DNA of 63,876 nt, counting the filler, from Phoronis australis (Eukaryota > Animalia > Phoronida), in NCBI GenBank assembly GCA_002633005.1. It is 9 parts of 9 records of this genome, joined end to end, with 100 filler letters (N's around TTAATTAATTAA, not from the genome) between each part and the next. Parts side by side here need not be neighbours in the genome. Positions count along the whole stretch, not along the records: positions 1 to 20,066 come from NMRA01000970.1; 8 more parts are not named here. One strand, written 5' to 3'. The position numbers and the translations under genes are program-made. The notes under the pieces are model-generated. The model saw only the letters and a list, made by a program, of their open reading frames with translations, was not told the origin of the DNA and ran no database searches. Every line of letters starts with the position of its first letter. Within the stretch, counting starts at the first letter, position 1. Positions 1 through 13,199 of this stretch are shown here, one piece after another.

Positions 1-215
1 TAGATAGGAATTATGCAAGTTTCACTGTGCTTAACAATAGTTAACATGTTGACTGGTGAGAGTTTACTTGGGTACAATATGACGTATGTCGGGGGTGGGA
101 TCGGGATGTCCTTTCGCATTCAATAACCTAGGTCCTCCCGACAAACCTGAGCAAATCAGTCAAGATAGGCAATAAAATAGTTACATTGGTTATTCTTAAT
201 TTCGAGAACCAAGCA

Positions 216-448
216 CATAAGCGCACCAAGGGGAGGCTCGAACGAGCACCCCCCACTTGCCGAAGTGGGCATGAAAAGGTCAGCCTCACAGAAACAAAAA
301 AATTGAGAAAACGAGACACGAGTCCACTAAAAAGCTGTAATTCAGGAATGCACTGTGCACAGCTCTGAACACATCACGTTGTTTTAGTAAAAGGTCAACA
401 TGCCCAAAAATTTGAGCACCCCCATATTTGAGGATTGGTACGTGGATG
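216..448. mobile_element. Non-autonomous hAT-like MITE with 5-bp TSD (hAT5-like), copy 1
   Basis: Ends CATAAGCGCACCA...TGGTACGTGGATG match the copies at 11191 and 50609; flanks AAGCA/AGGCA. Confidence 0.55.
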
Positions 449-491
449 AGGCAAGTGAACCTTGCAAATTATTGACCTGTAGTGGATATGA

Positions 492-640
492 CAGGGCTCA
501 ACACTAACGGTTGCCCGATTGCCCGTGTACATGTAGATTTTGCGTCGGGCAAGTGGAATTTGAAAAGTAATTGCCCGATGGGCAAGTTAAAAAGCTAGCT
601 GCATAGGCAAGTAAATCCTAAGATTGTCTGCTCGACATTT
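492..640 (+). mobile_element. Left end of a hAT-type MITE
   Basis: CAGGGCTC terminus followed by repeated TTGCCCGA/GGGCAAGT subterminal motifs; other end not found. Confidence 0.45.
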
Positions 641-1659
641 GCTCCAAAGTAACGAACACCGACACAAGCCTATAAAAACTGTCGAAAAAGCCCCTGTGGT
701 CGTCAAAGAAAATCCCGTCTTCGAATGAGCACAGAAGGAAAATAGAACGAGTGTGATGCAGCGTGCACAGATGACGCTCACGGTCAAATCCTTTCGATTC
801 TCTGAACGTGCCCTGCAGTTTCTGAATAAGTTGTCACGTGATACTACTGATCGTCTGGACTCTGGCAAAACGTCTAAACATGGAAGCATTGGTTTAGTTG
901 CTAAAAAACGAGTTCAGAAAGAATCAAAGCAATAATATGAAACAAAAAGAGTGCGGGGATGGGTTCCATCATGAGAAATTAGGTTTTCTGGCCTGCGAGA
1001 CAGTGACGTTTGTTTTTTGCCGGCGTTTACCCATGCTGGAAGCACCGCGTTCGTCAGCGGATGTAAGTCATACAGATAAGCGCAAAAGCTAAAAAGTGAA
1101 TGATTGACGACATATTTTCTACACTACACAGCAGTTTAAAAGGCCTGGTATTTATTCAGGGGGAATTCCAAAAGACAGTCTTATGAATTCCCGGCTCCGG
1201 GTGGCGACTCCCAAAAGAAGAGGAATACGGTCTTAAGGATTGCCGCTCTGAAGTCTGAAGGGTGACGTTTTCGCGGTCTATCTATTTTTCAAAAATGTAA
1301 TTATTTATTGAAAATAAAAGTATATGTGGCATCATTATATGTTAAAATTTGGTTTTAATTTAATACAAGGTAGCGATGACCAAAACTGTGCAAGATTTTT
1401 ACGGATAGCAAAAAATGAAATTCAGATTAGCAACAACTCAAGTTTAATGCATGAGGGCGTATGAACTAATGAATACACAGAAGTGTCTAGAGTTCGTCCT
1501 AGCTCATTTCGGCACCTGTGAACATGTGACAATGGTACAGATACCATCGTTACTCTTCTAATTTGGGAGACGACTACACTTTGCCTTGGTAGTCCCCCCC
1601 CTCCCCCTTTGCATTGATCACACTGCCACAACCTCAGAAGACAGAAATATAATAGAGTA

Positions 1660-3060
1660 ATAGCCTTATGTGAACGTTATGGCTTCCCCTGAAGTATATT
1701 AAGCGTTAGAAGTTTAGATAATTCTCACACATAATGAGTCCATGTCGTGTGTGACAGCGTGACTCGTGAGTGGCTGACAATAACAACTGAACTTCTCAAG
1801 TCTAAACTTAACACGTTCGTTGGAAATCACAGCACCGATTGTGGCCAATCGATTTTAGAACGCTCTCTGGCACTAACCTGACTTCCAAAACTTCTGAAAT
1901 GTCTTCTTGCTGGCTCTGCTCGCAGTAATATAAACTTCATTGTCGCAGGCTAGCCAACACACGACTTTTTCTTCGAAGTTGACTGTCGGTTATAATATTC
2001 AAACTGTTGACTTCCGGTGGAAACTGCCTTACGAATACAACTCAACACAAACGAAACGTGCACAAGAACTACATTTTTTTAAGAATTGCATGAATATAAT
2101 TGATTACATTGTACTGACCAGGTCAGTGTCTCAGGGGATTAACATTGGGTGCATTCTTACTGCTGTTGGTCACCGGATGTTCGTCTACATTTAAATTCAC
2201 AAAGACGTGCCGAAATGATTACATAACTGCACTAATTCTGTACTGACCAGGTTAAATGTTCGTCGTTTTGTGGTATTCGCATCTATATAAATGCTAAGGA
2301 AACATTCGGGCAACATTTTTTTGAGATGATGCGTTTTGCATGAGCAAACAATAATTTTTTGTTGGAAATAATGGGAAAAAATTTCGAACCAAAAATTAAA
2401 TAGATCTCACAATATTCAAATTTTAAAAACTTGAAAACGTAAATTTTCATCACATAGAAACCTCAAAGTTTTTAGAAAATTCAAGTTTTCCACAAATGAA
2501 AAAATCCAGTTTTCTGAAAAACTTAAGAAGTCAGGAAAACTTAAGTTTTTAAAATTACAAAAACTTAAGTTTTGTGATAAACTTGAGTTATCAGAAAAAC
2601 TTAAGTTTTGTTAGTACAAAAAACTTAAGTTTCACGAAAACTTAAGTTATTACTTGAAACTTAAGTTTATTTGTGAAAACTTAAGTTTTACACTTGAAAA
2701 AAGTTAAGTTTTCTGAAAAACTTAAGTTTTCTGAAAAACTTAACATTGTGCTGAAAAACTTAAGTTTTTGGCGAAAAACTTAAGTTTTTCGACAGAACTT
2801 AAGTTTTTCCTCTAAAACTTAAGTTATTTTCCAAAAACTTAAAACTTCAGTTTTCAGCGAAAAACTTAACATTGTGCTGAAAAACTTAAGTTTTTGGCGA
2901 AAAACTTAAGTTTTAAAAACTAAAGTTTCTTTTAAGAACTTAAGTTTTTCAGAAGAGCTTAAGTTTTTCCTCTACAACTTAAGTTATTTTCCAAAAACTT
3001 AAGTTTTTTCGCCAAAAACTTAAGTTTTCAGCGAAAAACTTAAGTTCATTTTTGTAAGGG
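1660..3060. mobile_element. Non-autonomous DNA element with a subterminal AAAACTTAAGTTTT palindrome array (possibly EnSpm/CACTA- or foldback-like), copy 1
   Basis: About 1.4 kb similar to 11590-12851; array at about 2450-3050; ends CATTTTTGTAAGGG. Confidence 0.6.
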
Positions 3061-3949
3061 CAACACACAGCTATGTTCCCTTGTCTGTGTTTCGCGGAAG
3101 AATGATTTGAAGTTATCACCAAATTCCCGCAATCGACCACGTTAAATTGGCCTACCGAAGCCTTTAGGCAACGGTACGTGCAGATAGGTATAAATCCGTA
3201 ACATTGAAATAAAACAGCACATTTCTTCAAGAGGTCGATGTGTTCCAAAGGGGTTTACATCGAATTTTGATGATTTATTGTTGTAAAACAATGATTTAAA
3301 GCGAGAACTTGACACCAGTAAGCGTGTTTTGAACGGCTGAACAGACTCCGTTTGAACCAATTACGCCATCTCCGTCTGCCGTTAGGTGCCCGAGAAAACA
3401 ACTGAACTTGCTGTTATCGAGTGGAACTACTGGATCTAAGTTGATACAAAATATGTTGCTTCGGGTGGCATTCTCCTTTAGTAGGTTGGTTTTCATATCC
3501 TGAATAGCTGAGGTCTAGAAACAAACACGTTGCCGAGTGGCCGTCAAAAGTTCGGATATAAGCGAAAACCGTTTGCTGGTGCATCACAATATAGCCTCCG
3601 TGAAATTCTGAAAGTATTTTTCTATTTTTTGGTCCAGTCACCAAATAAATACAATTTGGTGTGACCAACTAAAAGGAGGATTCCAAAGATCGGATTCCAT
3701 ATAATTCAACGCATATTTGAGTAGAAAATTCATATCATACTGATTTTTATCGTCTAAACTTCACGTTTTATCGGAATGGGTAATGGTGCAAAAGGTTGTG
3801 TTATGTTGTTGTGGTATCTCGAGGTTTTATCAGTTATTACCTGACTCTAACATGTATGGGCAGATAGCGCAAACGTACGACTTGACATCGTGATTGCACA
3901 ATCAACAAATGTAAACAAGCCTTTTACAAGCATCAAACATATACATACC

Positions 3950-4233
3950 CGAACGCTGAGAGTGCATTAAATAACCGGATAACTTTCCATTGCACATCTT
4001 AGTGTACTTCCCACGGCAAACTCTCCTGCATTCCCCATCAGAAACTTTTGAATCTCCAAAGAAGTCATCTGCACACCAGCATTCCCGTCCTCTTACTAGA
4101 GCAGAATATTTCATGGCTAGTGCTCCACATAATGAACGACAGAATGATTTGGAATTTTTTTTTCCTTCATACATTTTTTTTGCCACTCCATTCTGCGACA
4201 GCTTCCAGCACTTGTGTACGTCGTTTACATGTG
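3950..4233 (-). CDS. Exon encoding a WSC domain
   Basis: CW...CRSLC...YSALVRGRECWCAD...SDGECRRVCRG...MCNG matches the WSC cysteine pattern; tttcag acceptor and GTATGT donor on the minus strand (boundaries approximate). Confidence 0.7.
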
Positions 4234-5956
4234 CTGAAATATGACCTCAAAAGTTAAGAAATGCATGTCACTATCAATTTCCTTTCATACACGAATTAAC
4301 TTAAGCTTCTTTAAAACTTGTTGTTGGCGCAAAAATGGTTTTAAAAAGAAACTTAGTGCGTTTTAAAATATCAAACTATGTTTATTTTTAGAGAACTTAA
4401 ATTTTTTCTAGTATAAAACTTTCGTTTTCATGAATAAATTTAAGTTTTAAGCAACTACTTATTCTTTGTGAAATGATTTTGACAAGAACTGAGTTTACCA
4501 GTTACATGTATAAAATCTTTAGTTTTTCCGGGTTCTAAAGTTTTTCAAACAGCTTAATTTTCCATGAAAACTATATGGATTGTTCTAAAACCCTTTCTCC
4601 CCCCTTTTCACTGACAACCCGCGACTCCCTCTACACCAACACACGATGAGCCCTCGGCAGCCACACCCGACGACCCCCTTGACCCACGGCCCACGACACC
4701 TCGAACCACATCTACACAAGCTCGACTCGATCTGAAAAAAGATCAAGCGCAGGCTCTCATGACCAACGAGTTGGCCCTTGAACTCGGCTGATTTTTCCTG
4801 TTTTTAAAGATAAGAGAGTGTATTCAGCAAGTTTGAAACCGAAAATGAAAAAAATGACGAAATCAACGTTTCAAATTATGTTGCTGGCAGAGTGTAATCG
4901 CCTCGTCTGACAATGGTAGCTTGAAAAACAAAGTGTTAACTAAAAAGTTTTTCAACGTCATATGCAGTATATTAAAAACATAATACAACAGGAAGCAAAC
5001 GGGGCCATTGGTAGCCGATCGTGAAACACGACGATAGCGCGCTCGCAATGCACTATTTCAGATCACGTTCTCACGCCACTTTGTGCTACTAATGAACAGA
5101 CGTGACCCAGAGCAGACCGTTGTTTAGCTATGTCTCATGGGAAAGTCACTCAGCGACGTAATAAATTATTGAAATTTGTAAAAGGAGCAAAAATACCTCT
5201 ATCGTCACAGGTCGTGGGTTTATGGGGTTTGTGTGTCGAGAGGTCTTCAGTCGTGGTGGCACACTGTAGAACAATCTCTGTAAGGTTTCTATGTGGTAAA
5301 CCTTTTCATATGCTGTATTTAGTGTCATCTTTAATTTTTGTTGTGGGTAGTGGATTGCTATAAAACTCCCTTGACTCCCTGGAAAGCCACAACACGTGAC
5401 TCATGACCCCCTCGAATCACGACCCCCTCGGCTCACATTGCACAACTTCCTCGACCCAATGTACAGTACGTAAGCTCGACTAGATTTGAGCATAGAACAA
5501 GCAGGACGATATGGTCGGGCCGTGACCTCGGTTGGCTTTCCTTGTTTTTTTTTTCTTTTTGCATTTAATTGAGTCAATTCACAAATGTGAAAGTTAAAAA
5601 CAAAACAATCAAATCAAATGAAAGAGTCAACAACGTCTCGTCTTCTCTTCAGTGACTGGCAGGTTCGAGCTGTTTATGGGAGAGTGGGAGGAACCGAGGA
5701 ATTTGTAATTTATTCAATAATTATATTTTGAAAAAAATCAATAAAAATTTAACCAAGTATCTGTCTCTGACATCATGTCTTGTGTTCGCACTCTTCAGGT
5801 CGCACTTCTCGTCCAATTGGCAAATAGTCACTCACAACCCTAGTTCCGGAGGTGCTGGAAGTCAATTGTCTTTCATCATAATCAAATTCAAGATGTCGGG
5901 CTTGTTGGCTATTTTGTTTTTCTAAGTCAGGTTCAAATGCTCATAGAGGAAGCATT

Positions 5957-7230
5957 TTTATGCACTCACATATTTATATTATTATAAGTGGCGCATATTG
6001 CCTTCATCCCTGTATAGGTGTCCGACGTCCGCAGCTGTATCTCATGATGCCCTCAAAGAATATCTGATGAAATTTGGCAGATAGGTTTCCATGCAGATGG
6101 CGAGAGATGACGACGAATGTCTGGCGAATCCGACTACCAATGTCCCCCTAGTGACAATCTTACTTTTTATCTTAGTCTCTGTATCTTTTAAGGTCGTCAA
6201 CGGATTTTTTGTGAAACTTGACAAAAATACATCTATTAGTGCGATGACGATGCACTCTTGTTTTTGTAAGGATTCGAGGATTTTGTACCAGGATTTTTAC
6301 TGTTTTCAAATCTGTTATTTGGTGTCTGGCCCCCTATCAACCAAACCAGTCTGATGGGTGACTGTGAGAACTGACATGTACGCTCTTTTTACAAGGAGGA
6401 ATGCTGAAGATGATTTTCCGATTATTGCAGCTACTGTGGCGCCTCCAGTTGGTATCTCTTTAACACTCTATCGGACCTTCACTAAAATTTAGCAAATAAA
6501 TTTGTTATCAAGTTGACAACGGACAATGATGACTTTCTGAGGGATCTGTATACTGGTGTGCCCCATAGTGGCCTTTTTTATTTTTTTGCATTCACCTCTG
6601 TATCTTCAAAGGCCCTGAACCGTTTTTCATAAAAATTGTATTATAGGCATCTATTGGTGGTTTAATGCTATCTTTTTATATAGGGCAATATTTGAGGCAT
6701 TTTGTATCACCTAGCGGCTATTTTTGATGTTTACGAATCTGTTTTTTATGGGATCCGCCCCTGAAAATTGGCATATCAGTTCTCAGAGCGAAGAGGACGG
6801 TTGAAGATGGCGATTTCAACTACTGTGGTGCCTCCTAGTGGCATTTTTTTGCGCTTGTACCTGTATGTCCTGAACCCAATGCAAAATTTTTATTGATTTT
6901 ATTAATTGTATTCATATGAAGTTGAGAGCAGATTTTGACGACTTTCAGATGCATTGTCTCCTGGTGACAATTTAATTATTTTTCAGCTTTCCTTTGTTTC
7001 TTTGAAGTTTCTTGACAGATTTTCATGAAAAACTGTCAATAGCTTTCTATTAAAAACGATGTCATGTTTCAATTTTCGAATGGATTTGACATATTTGCGC
7101 CATCTGGTGGACATTTTTTATGACACAAATAAACATCCCAAGCACTATCGCTCGCCGTTTACGGTACATTCGTATGCGCATTTCAATGTTCCGAGTTGCT
7201 TCTGTTTGACATATACGACTGCAAATCGAC
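5957..7230 (+). mobile_element. Helentron-associated (HINE/DINE-1-like) element with an internal degenerate tandem array
   Basis: Start TTTTATGCACTCAC with partial inverted GTGGCGCAT and a GTCC-type microsatellite remnant; about 145-bp subrepeats (GAAATTTGGCA...) shared with 46400-47735 and 62838-63876; 3' end approximate. Confidence 0.6.
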
Positions 7231-7373
7231 ACGGAAATAGTAGGAGACATCAACTGCAGTCAAATATAGGGGAAATTTCGGCCGTAGAGGAACCTCTTAG
7301 AGGCTTTTGCTGTCACTGAAGAGGTCACCCTCATTTTAATTATCAGTAAATAAATAAATTTCGTATTGGTACT

Positions 7374-8168
7374 TGTCAGACGATTGACCGTGGGTTTGAT
7401 TTAAGGGTAGCTATGCTTTGAGAATGTTCGTAGATGGAGAGTGAATAATAAAATCCAGTAATTAATTTATTATATGATAACCCATACTTAGACAAATGAA
7501 ACCTATTGTTAATTAAGTTATCAACTACAAAGAGTAACTACGCTTGCGCCCTCTGTAAAGATTACTTTAACCACACAACAAAAACAATCAAATGTCTTAT
7601 CCGCAATCCAAGCTAGGACTCTCCACTTGTTGGATGTCTGTCCTGTTGGTGAATCTTCGAACTATACACACTGTATAGCGACAGTGTACTTGCTGGTCAC
7701 CGTCTCTGGTGATTCAACACTTGCAGGCAATTTCTTCTACCCGCAATTCTTCTTGCTGGCCACACTCTCTGGGTGATGACGCAACACTTCAGGTAGTATC
7801 TTACTACCCACATTGCAAGTGACAAGGTCTTAGTTAACTTCCTGTTCGCTAAACCTTGCCCTTGCCAAGATCCTTTCTAGAATCTTCCACGAGATGGCTC
7901 TGTTGTACAAATGCCTCTGTACACTGTAGCAAGTCTTTATGCTTCAACTCCTATAGCGCATCTAATTATCTTGTTGATTTCAGCCCATAGCATAACATTC
8001 TACTTATTTAGTGATTGACTATTAAAAACCACATGATCATATCCACTCATATTATTGGCTGTTCCAATTTGTTTCAGAATTTTCTAGAATTTCTAGAGTA
8101 CTTTGACCCCAGAACCCAAAGTTGTAAACACCATCTAAAAATAGATGTTGACGTTAAAGTACATGACA
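7374..8168 (-). mobile_element. LTR of an LTR retrotransposon (probable 3' LTR on the minus strand)
   Basis: TGTCA...TGACA inverted ends, AATAAA on the minus strand near 7465, and a purine-rich tract just upstream on the minus strand. Confidence 0.5.
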
Positions 8169-11100
8169 ACAAGTCTGACCCCATCATTTAAAAGTCCTTA
8201 TGCACAAATTTTGGGAAACTTAAAATGGATATATTCTTATTAATTACTTAAACAATATTTAATCTGACAGTACAATTTTGAGGCAAACACGTCTTGTCCT
8301 GTTGAGGGCCCACTATCAGCCCAAATGTTTCGATTTTTTCATGTGATGTTTTTGCAATTAGCTATTATCAGGAAGAGATAACCAGGAAGGGACAACTAGC
8401 TTAACCGCCGTTTTTGGCCACCTTCCCCGGATTAATTTCAGGACCTAAGTTTCGTTTAATAGGAAGCAGATGATTTTATCAGAGAGATTAACGATTTTTT
8501 TATAGAAGGATATCAAAAAAAACTCACTTTGCGTACTTAAACAGTGGTGTAATTGTACTTTGAAAATATCGACTTCAGCGCACACAATCGCAACTTCCCA
8601 CACGCAGTCACGGGTATTTAAGCTTTTCCGTCGATGTATAGATGGCACACTAGTCAAGTACTCATCCATTTGCATATAAAGTTTGCATGTGGGAGTTCTG
8701 AGACTCTCGTCAGTTTAGTTGTTGTCGAGCGCCTGAGAGGATAAAGCGGTGACCTCCCGCTGAGAGCACGCGCTGATGAAGATACCACAGCTGACTGGAT
8801 CGCTTCGCAATCAGGAGGTGAAAACACTATCGTGACTGCAGTTCTGAATTCCAGCTAAGCAAGCCCTATTTCGAGCAGTAGATTGAATTGTTTTCGTCCC
8901 CAGACTGGATTGCAGAGAAGTTTAGAATGAGGTCAACATCGAACTGTCTGCGGCTACCTATCGTGTTGACAAAAGTTTGAAGTATCAGAACCGTAGACGG
9001 AGCGCGGGGGATGTCTATGGTTCCGGTTCATCTTCAGTTGACGAAAACATTGCTATCGACATAAAGAATGACCGTGGGAAATTCATTTTGAGGTGGATAC
9101 CTCTATCCAACAATAAATATTTTAATACTAAAAGTACTCTGTAATATCTCACCCTCCGCGTTTCGTTTCTTTGACGTTGTTTGAGGTTGCGGTATCGTGA
9201 AACAACGCCGTCAGGTGAGAGAAGTTGCACCAAATAACTGGAACTGGCTGCAATTCTTTCCTTTAGGATGCCCGGACTCAACTGTGCCATTTTCTTGGCA
9301 AGTCTCTTGCCTGCCGAAATTTTTCTGAGCATTGAAGACATCGGCCTTCTCCTGCTCCAATCAACCTTTTTCTCTGCTACAGAAATGTTATGCCTAATTT
9401 TCTACCATGTTAGCACACTTTGTGGCTCTGCTACAATTAGCACTGCCATAATCGTATTTTTTAATTCCGCCACAGTATGCATACCTGGAAGTTAGTTTTG
9501 CTAAGAGTTTTTTCCAAATTAAGCCACAACAGTTGTTCATCATTAAATGCCTCAGATTCCTCGACGCCATGGACATTTCCGTCAACACAAAACGCACCCT
9601 TGCCATTCTTAAAAATTCGTATATGTATATAAGTGCTATAATTGCTTCGAAGGACCGACAGTAAGCGTGGCTGGAATGTCGGCAGCTTCGCGACTATGTC
9701 TACAGGTAACTCCTGTTGAAATTCTCCATACTTCAAAATTCTTTTATGCAGGTGCTGATAATTGCCTTCAATGGTTTTCATAATAAGAGACTAGAAATCC
9801 GATTTGTCACACACGCCCACTGGCCTGGTGCTGTCTTACATTTTCCATGGCCACCTTGCTACAGTCGACTTGCGCAATAGCCGAATTAGTGTCCACATTT
9901 GTGGTCACGTGCCGGATACAGGCCCATGAGACAAGTTGCAGCAACAAATTCAGTACGAATCCATAAACCCTTTTACACCCACAGTTAAATGCGCAAAACT
10001 GCTCCTGTATTTCTTAAACATTTAATTTAATGCTCAAGCTATACAACGAATGCGTGTTGAAACACAATATAGACTTTGGAACAAAGATGGACTCCTTGCA
10101 TCAGGACCTTAGTAAGCGGGGAGAGGGCGAGTGCCACCCCCAAAAAATTGCATGCCTCAGGGTTTAACCATGGCAACCGACAAAGGTGTGCTGCTCGGGA
10201 AAGGCAAAAAAGAAAGACTTCGAATACTGATCAGAGAGAAAACTCAATATAACTTTGACAACTCGGTATCAGTGTATGGTTTACCATTTGAGGGCCCTAA
10301 GCAGGAAAATTGTTGTTAGGGTCTTTGTTTTTGCAGCATAGGTCGTCTAAGTGCTCTTGAAAATGTGCACTTAATCATTCATGCATGTATTTCGAAAATT
10401 CTAGAACATTTTTAAAGCAAAAATTTTGCAGAGCGTATTAAAGGAGCATGCCACCCAAAAACAACCTAATTTGTATCAACTTAGATCGAGTAGTTCTACT
10501 CCATAACGGTACGTACGGTTGCGTTACCTGTCACCTGACGGCAGACTGAGGTGTCGAAATTATACAATGACGTAATTGGTTTCACACGCAGTCTCTTCAG
10601 CAGTTCACAACACGGGTTACTGGTGTAAGCTTATCGCTTACATTCCTCGTTTTACACCAATAAATCATCAAACTTCGATGTAAAACCCTTAAAAATACAC
10701 CCAGTTCTTATAAAAACGTGTTGTTTTATTTCGCTGTTACGGATTGTTTGGTATTTGGACACGGCCGTAGCCTAAAACGGCTCGGCAGGCCAATAAGGTC
10801 CGTAGCAGGTGTTTGGCGACTGTTCGGAGATAAATTCGAATTATTTTTCCGTGAGATACAGACAGGAGAACCTAGTCTGTGTTGTTTAGAATTGTGATTT
10901 TTTTGAGTTCTAAACACGCAAAACGCTCGTTATCTTGGCCAGTGGATCGGAGCCAGATCAGGCACGTCGCGGCCGGCCGGATTGACTCGTTATCCCGACC
11001 AGTGACTCGGAAACTGATCAAACATCTCGAACATAAACCAGCCAACGTTGGAAACTAAACTTCTAGTCAGGAAAATACTATACTTGTGAGCCAAAGTAAT

Positions 11101-11190
11101 GTGCACGTGATTATGTTGGTGAATTAGCCACGAAACTGCAAATCGTCGGGGCCGCGAATTGAGGCTCCGCTTTGTCCACAGCACCGTCAG

Positions 11191-11424
11191 CATGCGCGCA
11201 CCCAGCCCTCAATATGGGGGGGGTCGAATTTTTGACGCTGTGGACCTTTTGGTAGCAAAAAAGCGGGTGAGCTAAAAAAAAAAACGGGGGCACAACGGTG
11301 AATTGCGCGATTGTGCTTATTAAGAGGACTTGTCTCATTTTCTAAGACTTTGTTTCCCAGAGGCGGACCTTTTTGCCCACTTCGCCACTTTGCCCTCGTT
11401 CGAGCCCCCATGGGTGCGCACATG
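11191..11424. mobile_element. hAT5-like MITE, copy 2
   Basis: TIR CATGCGCGCACCCA / TGGGTGCGCACATG; perfect 5-bp TSD GTCAG (11186-11190, 11425-11429). Confidence 0.7.
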
Positions 11425-11589
11425 GTCAGGGCAGAAGTTGTACATTGACAATCATTATTTGAATAATGTAAATATAAATACAGATTCCCCTAACACTTGG
11501 CCGTGGGATGGAAATCGAGTTGTTTCACAACACTTTCTGCCACCATACACTAAATTAGCATGGACTCACACGGCCTCGGTGTCCCGTCA

Positions 11590-13166
11590 ATTAGCCTCAT
11601 GTGAACGTTATGGCTTCCTCTGATGGACCTCCAGAAGTATTTTGCGCGTAAGAAGTTTAGATAATTTACACACAGAAAGAGTCCATGTCGGTATGTTACA
11701 GCGTGACTCGTGAGTGGCTGACAATATAGACAATAACAACTGAACTGAACACGTTCGTTGGAAATCACACCACCGATTGTGGCCAATCGATTTTAGAACG
11801 CTCCCTGGCACTAACCTGACTTCCAAAACTACTGAAATGTCTTTTTGCTGGCTCTGTTCGTAGTAATATGAACTTCATTGTCGCGGGCTAGCCAACACAT
11901 GACTTTTTCTTCGAAGTTGACTGTCGGTTATCAAATTCAAACTGTTGACTTCCGGTGGAAACTGCCTTACGAATACAACTCAACACAATGAAACTTGCAC
12001 AATAACTAATTTTTTTTAAGAATTGCATGAGTTCTATTGATTACATTGTACTGAGCAGATCAGTGTCTCAGTGGATTAACATTGGGTGCATTGTTACTGC
12101 TGTTGGTCACCGGATGTTCGTCTACATTTAAATTCACAAAGACGCGCGATAATGATTACGTAACTGCACTAAATCAGTACTGGTTAAACGGTCGTCCTTT
12201 TATGGTTTGTATCTTTATAAGTGTTAAGGAATCAGTCGGGCAACATTTTTATGAGATGATGGGTTTTGCATGAGCAAATAATTATTTTTTGTTGGAAAAT
12301 AATGGGAAAATTTTCGAACCAAAAATTAAAAAATATCTCACTATATTCAAATTTTAACAACTTGAAAACGTAAATTTTCATCACATAGAAACCTTAGAGC
12401 TTTTAGAAAATTCAAGTTTTCCACACATGAAAAAATCCAGTTTTCGAAAAACTTAAGAAGTCAGGAAAACTTAAGTTTTTAAAATTACAAAAACTTAAGT
12501 TTTGTGATCAACTTAAGTTATCAGAAAAACTTAAGTTTTGTTAGTTCAAAAAAATTAAGTTTTCATGAAAACTTAAGTTGTTACTTGAAATTTAAGTTTA
12601 TTTGTGAAAACTTAAGTTTTACACCTGAAAAAACTTAAGTTTTCTGAAAAACTTAAGTTTTCTGACAAACTTAACATTGTGCTGAAAAACTTAAGTTTTT
12701 GGCGAAAAACTTAACTTTTAAAAACTTAAGTTTCTTTTAAAAACTTAAGTTTTTCGGCAGAACTTAAGTTTTTCCTCTAAAACTTAAGTTATTTTCCAAA
12801 AACTTAAAACTTAAGTTTTCAGCGAAAAACTTAAGTTCATTTTTGTAAGGGCCCCCAAATTTTAGGATGGGTGCGTGGATGAGTTTTCATGAAAACTTAA
12901 GTTATTACTTAAAACTTAAGTTTATTTTTGAAAACTTAAGTTTTCCACCTAAAAAATGAGTTTTCTGAAAAACCTAACATTGTGTTGAAAAACTTAAATT
13001 TTTGGGGAAAAACTTGAGTTTTAAGAACTTAAGTTTCTTTTAAAAACTAATTTTTTTCGGAAGAACTTAAGTTTTTCATTTAAAACTTAATTTATTTTCC
13101 AAAAACTTATTTTTTTCGCCAAAACTTAAGTTTTCAGCGAAAAACTTAATTTCATTTTTGTAAGGG
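11590..13166. mobile_element. Second copy of the AAAACTTAAGTTTT-array element plus an extra terminal array
   Basis: Colinear with 1660-3060; terminus TTTTGTAAGGG at about 12851 and again at about 13166. Confidence 0.6.
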
Positions 13167-13199
13167 CAGGACTTAATATTACTGTAAAAGACTTTCACC

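Noticed and set aside
8445-10110. Cluster of short minus-strand ORFs (9015-9781)
   Set aside because: No recognisable motif or clear termini; probably a decayed TE and cannot be assigned
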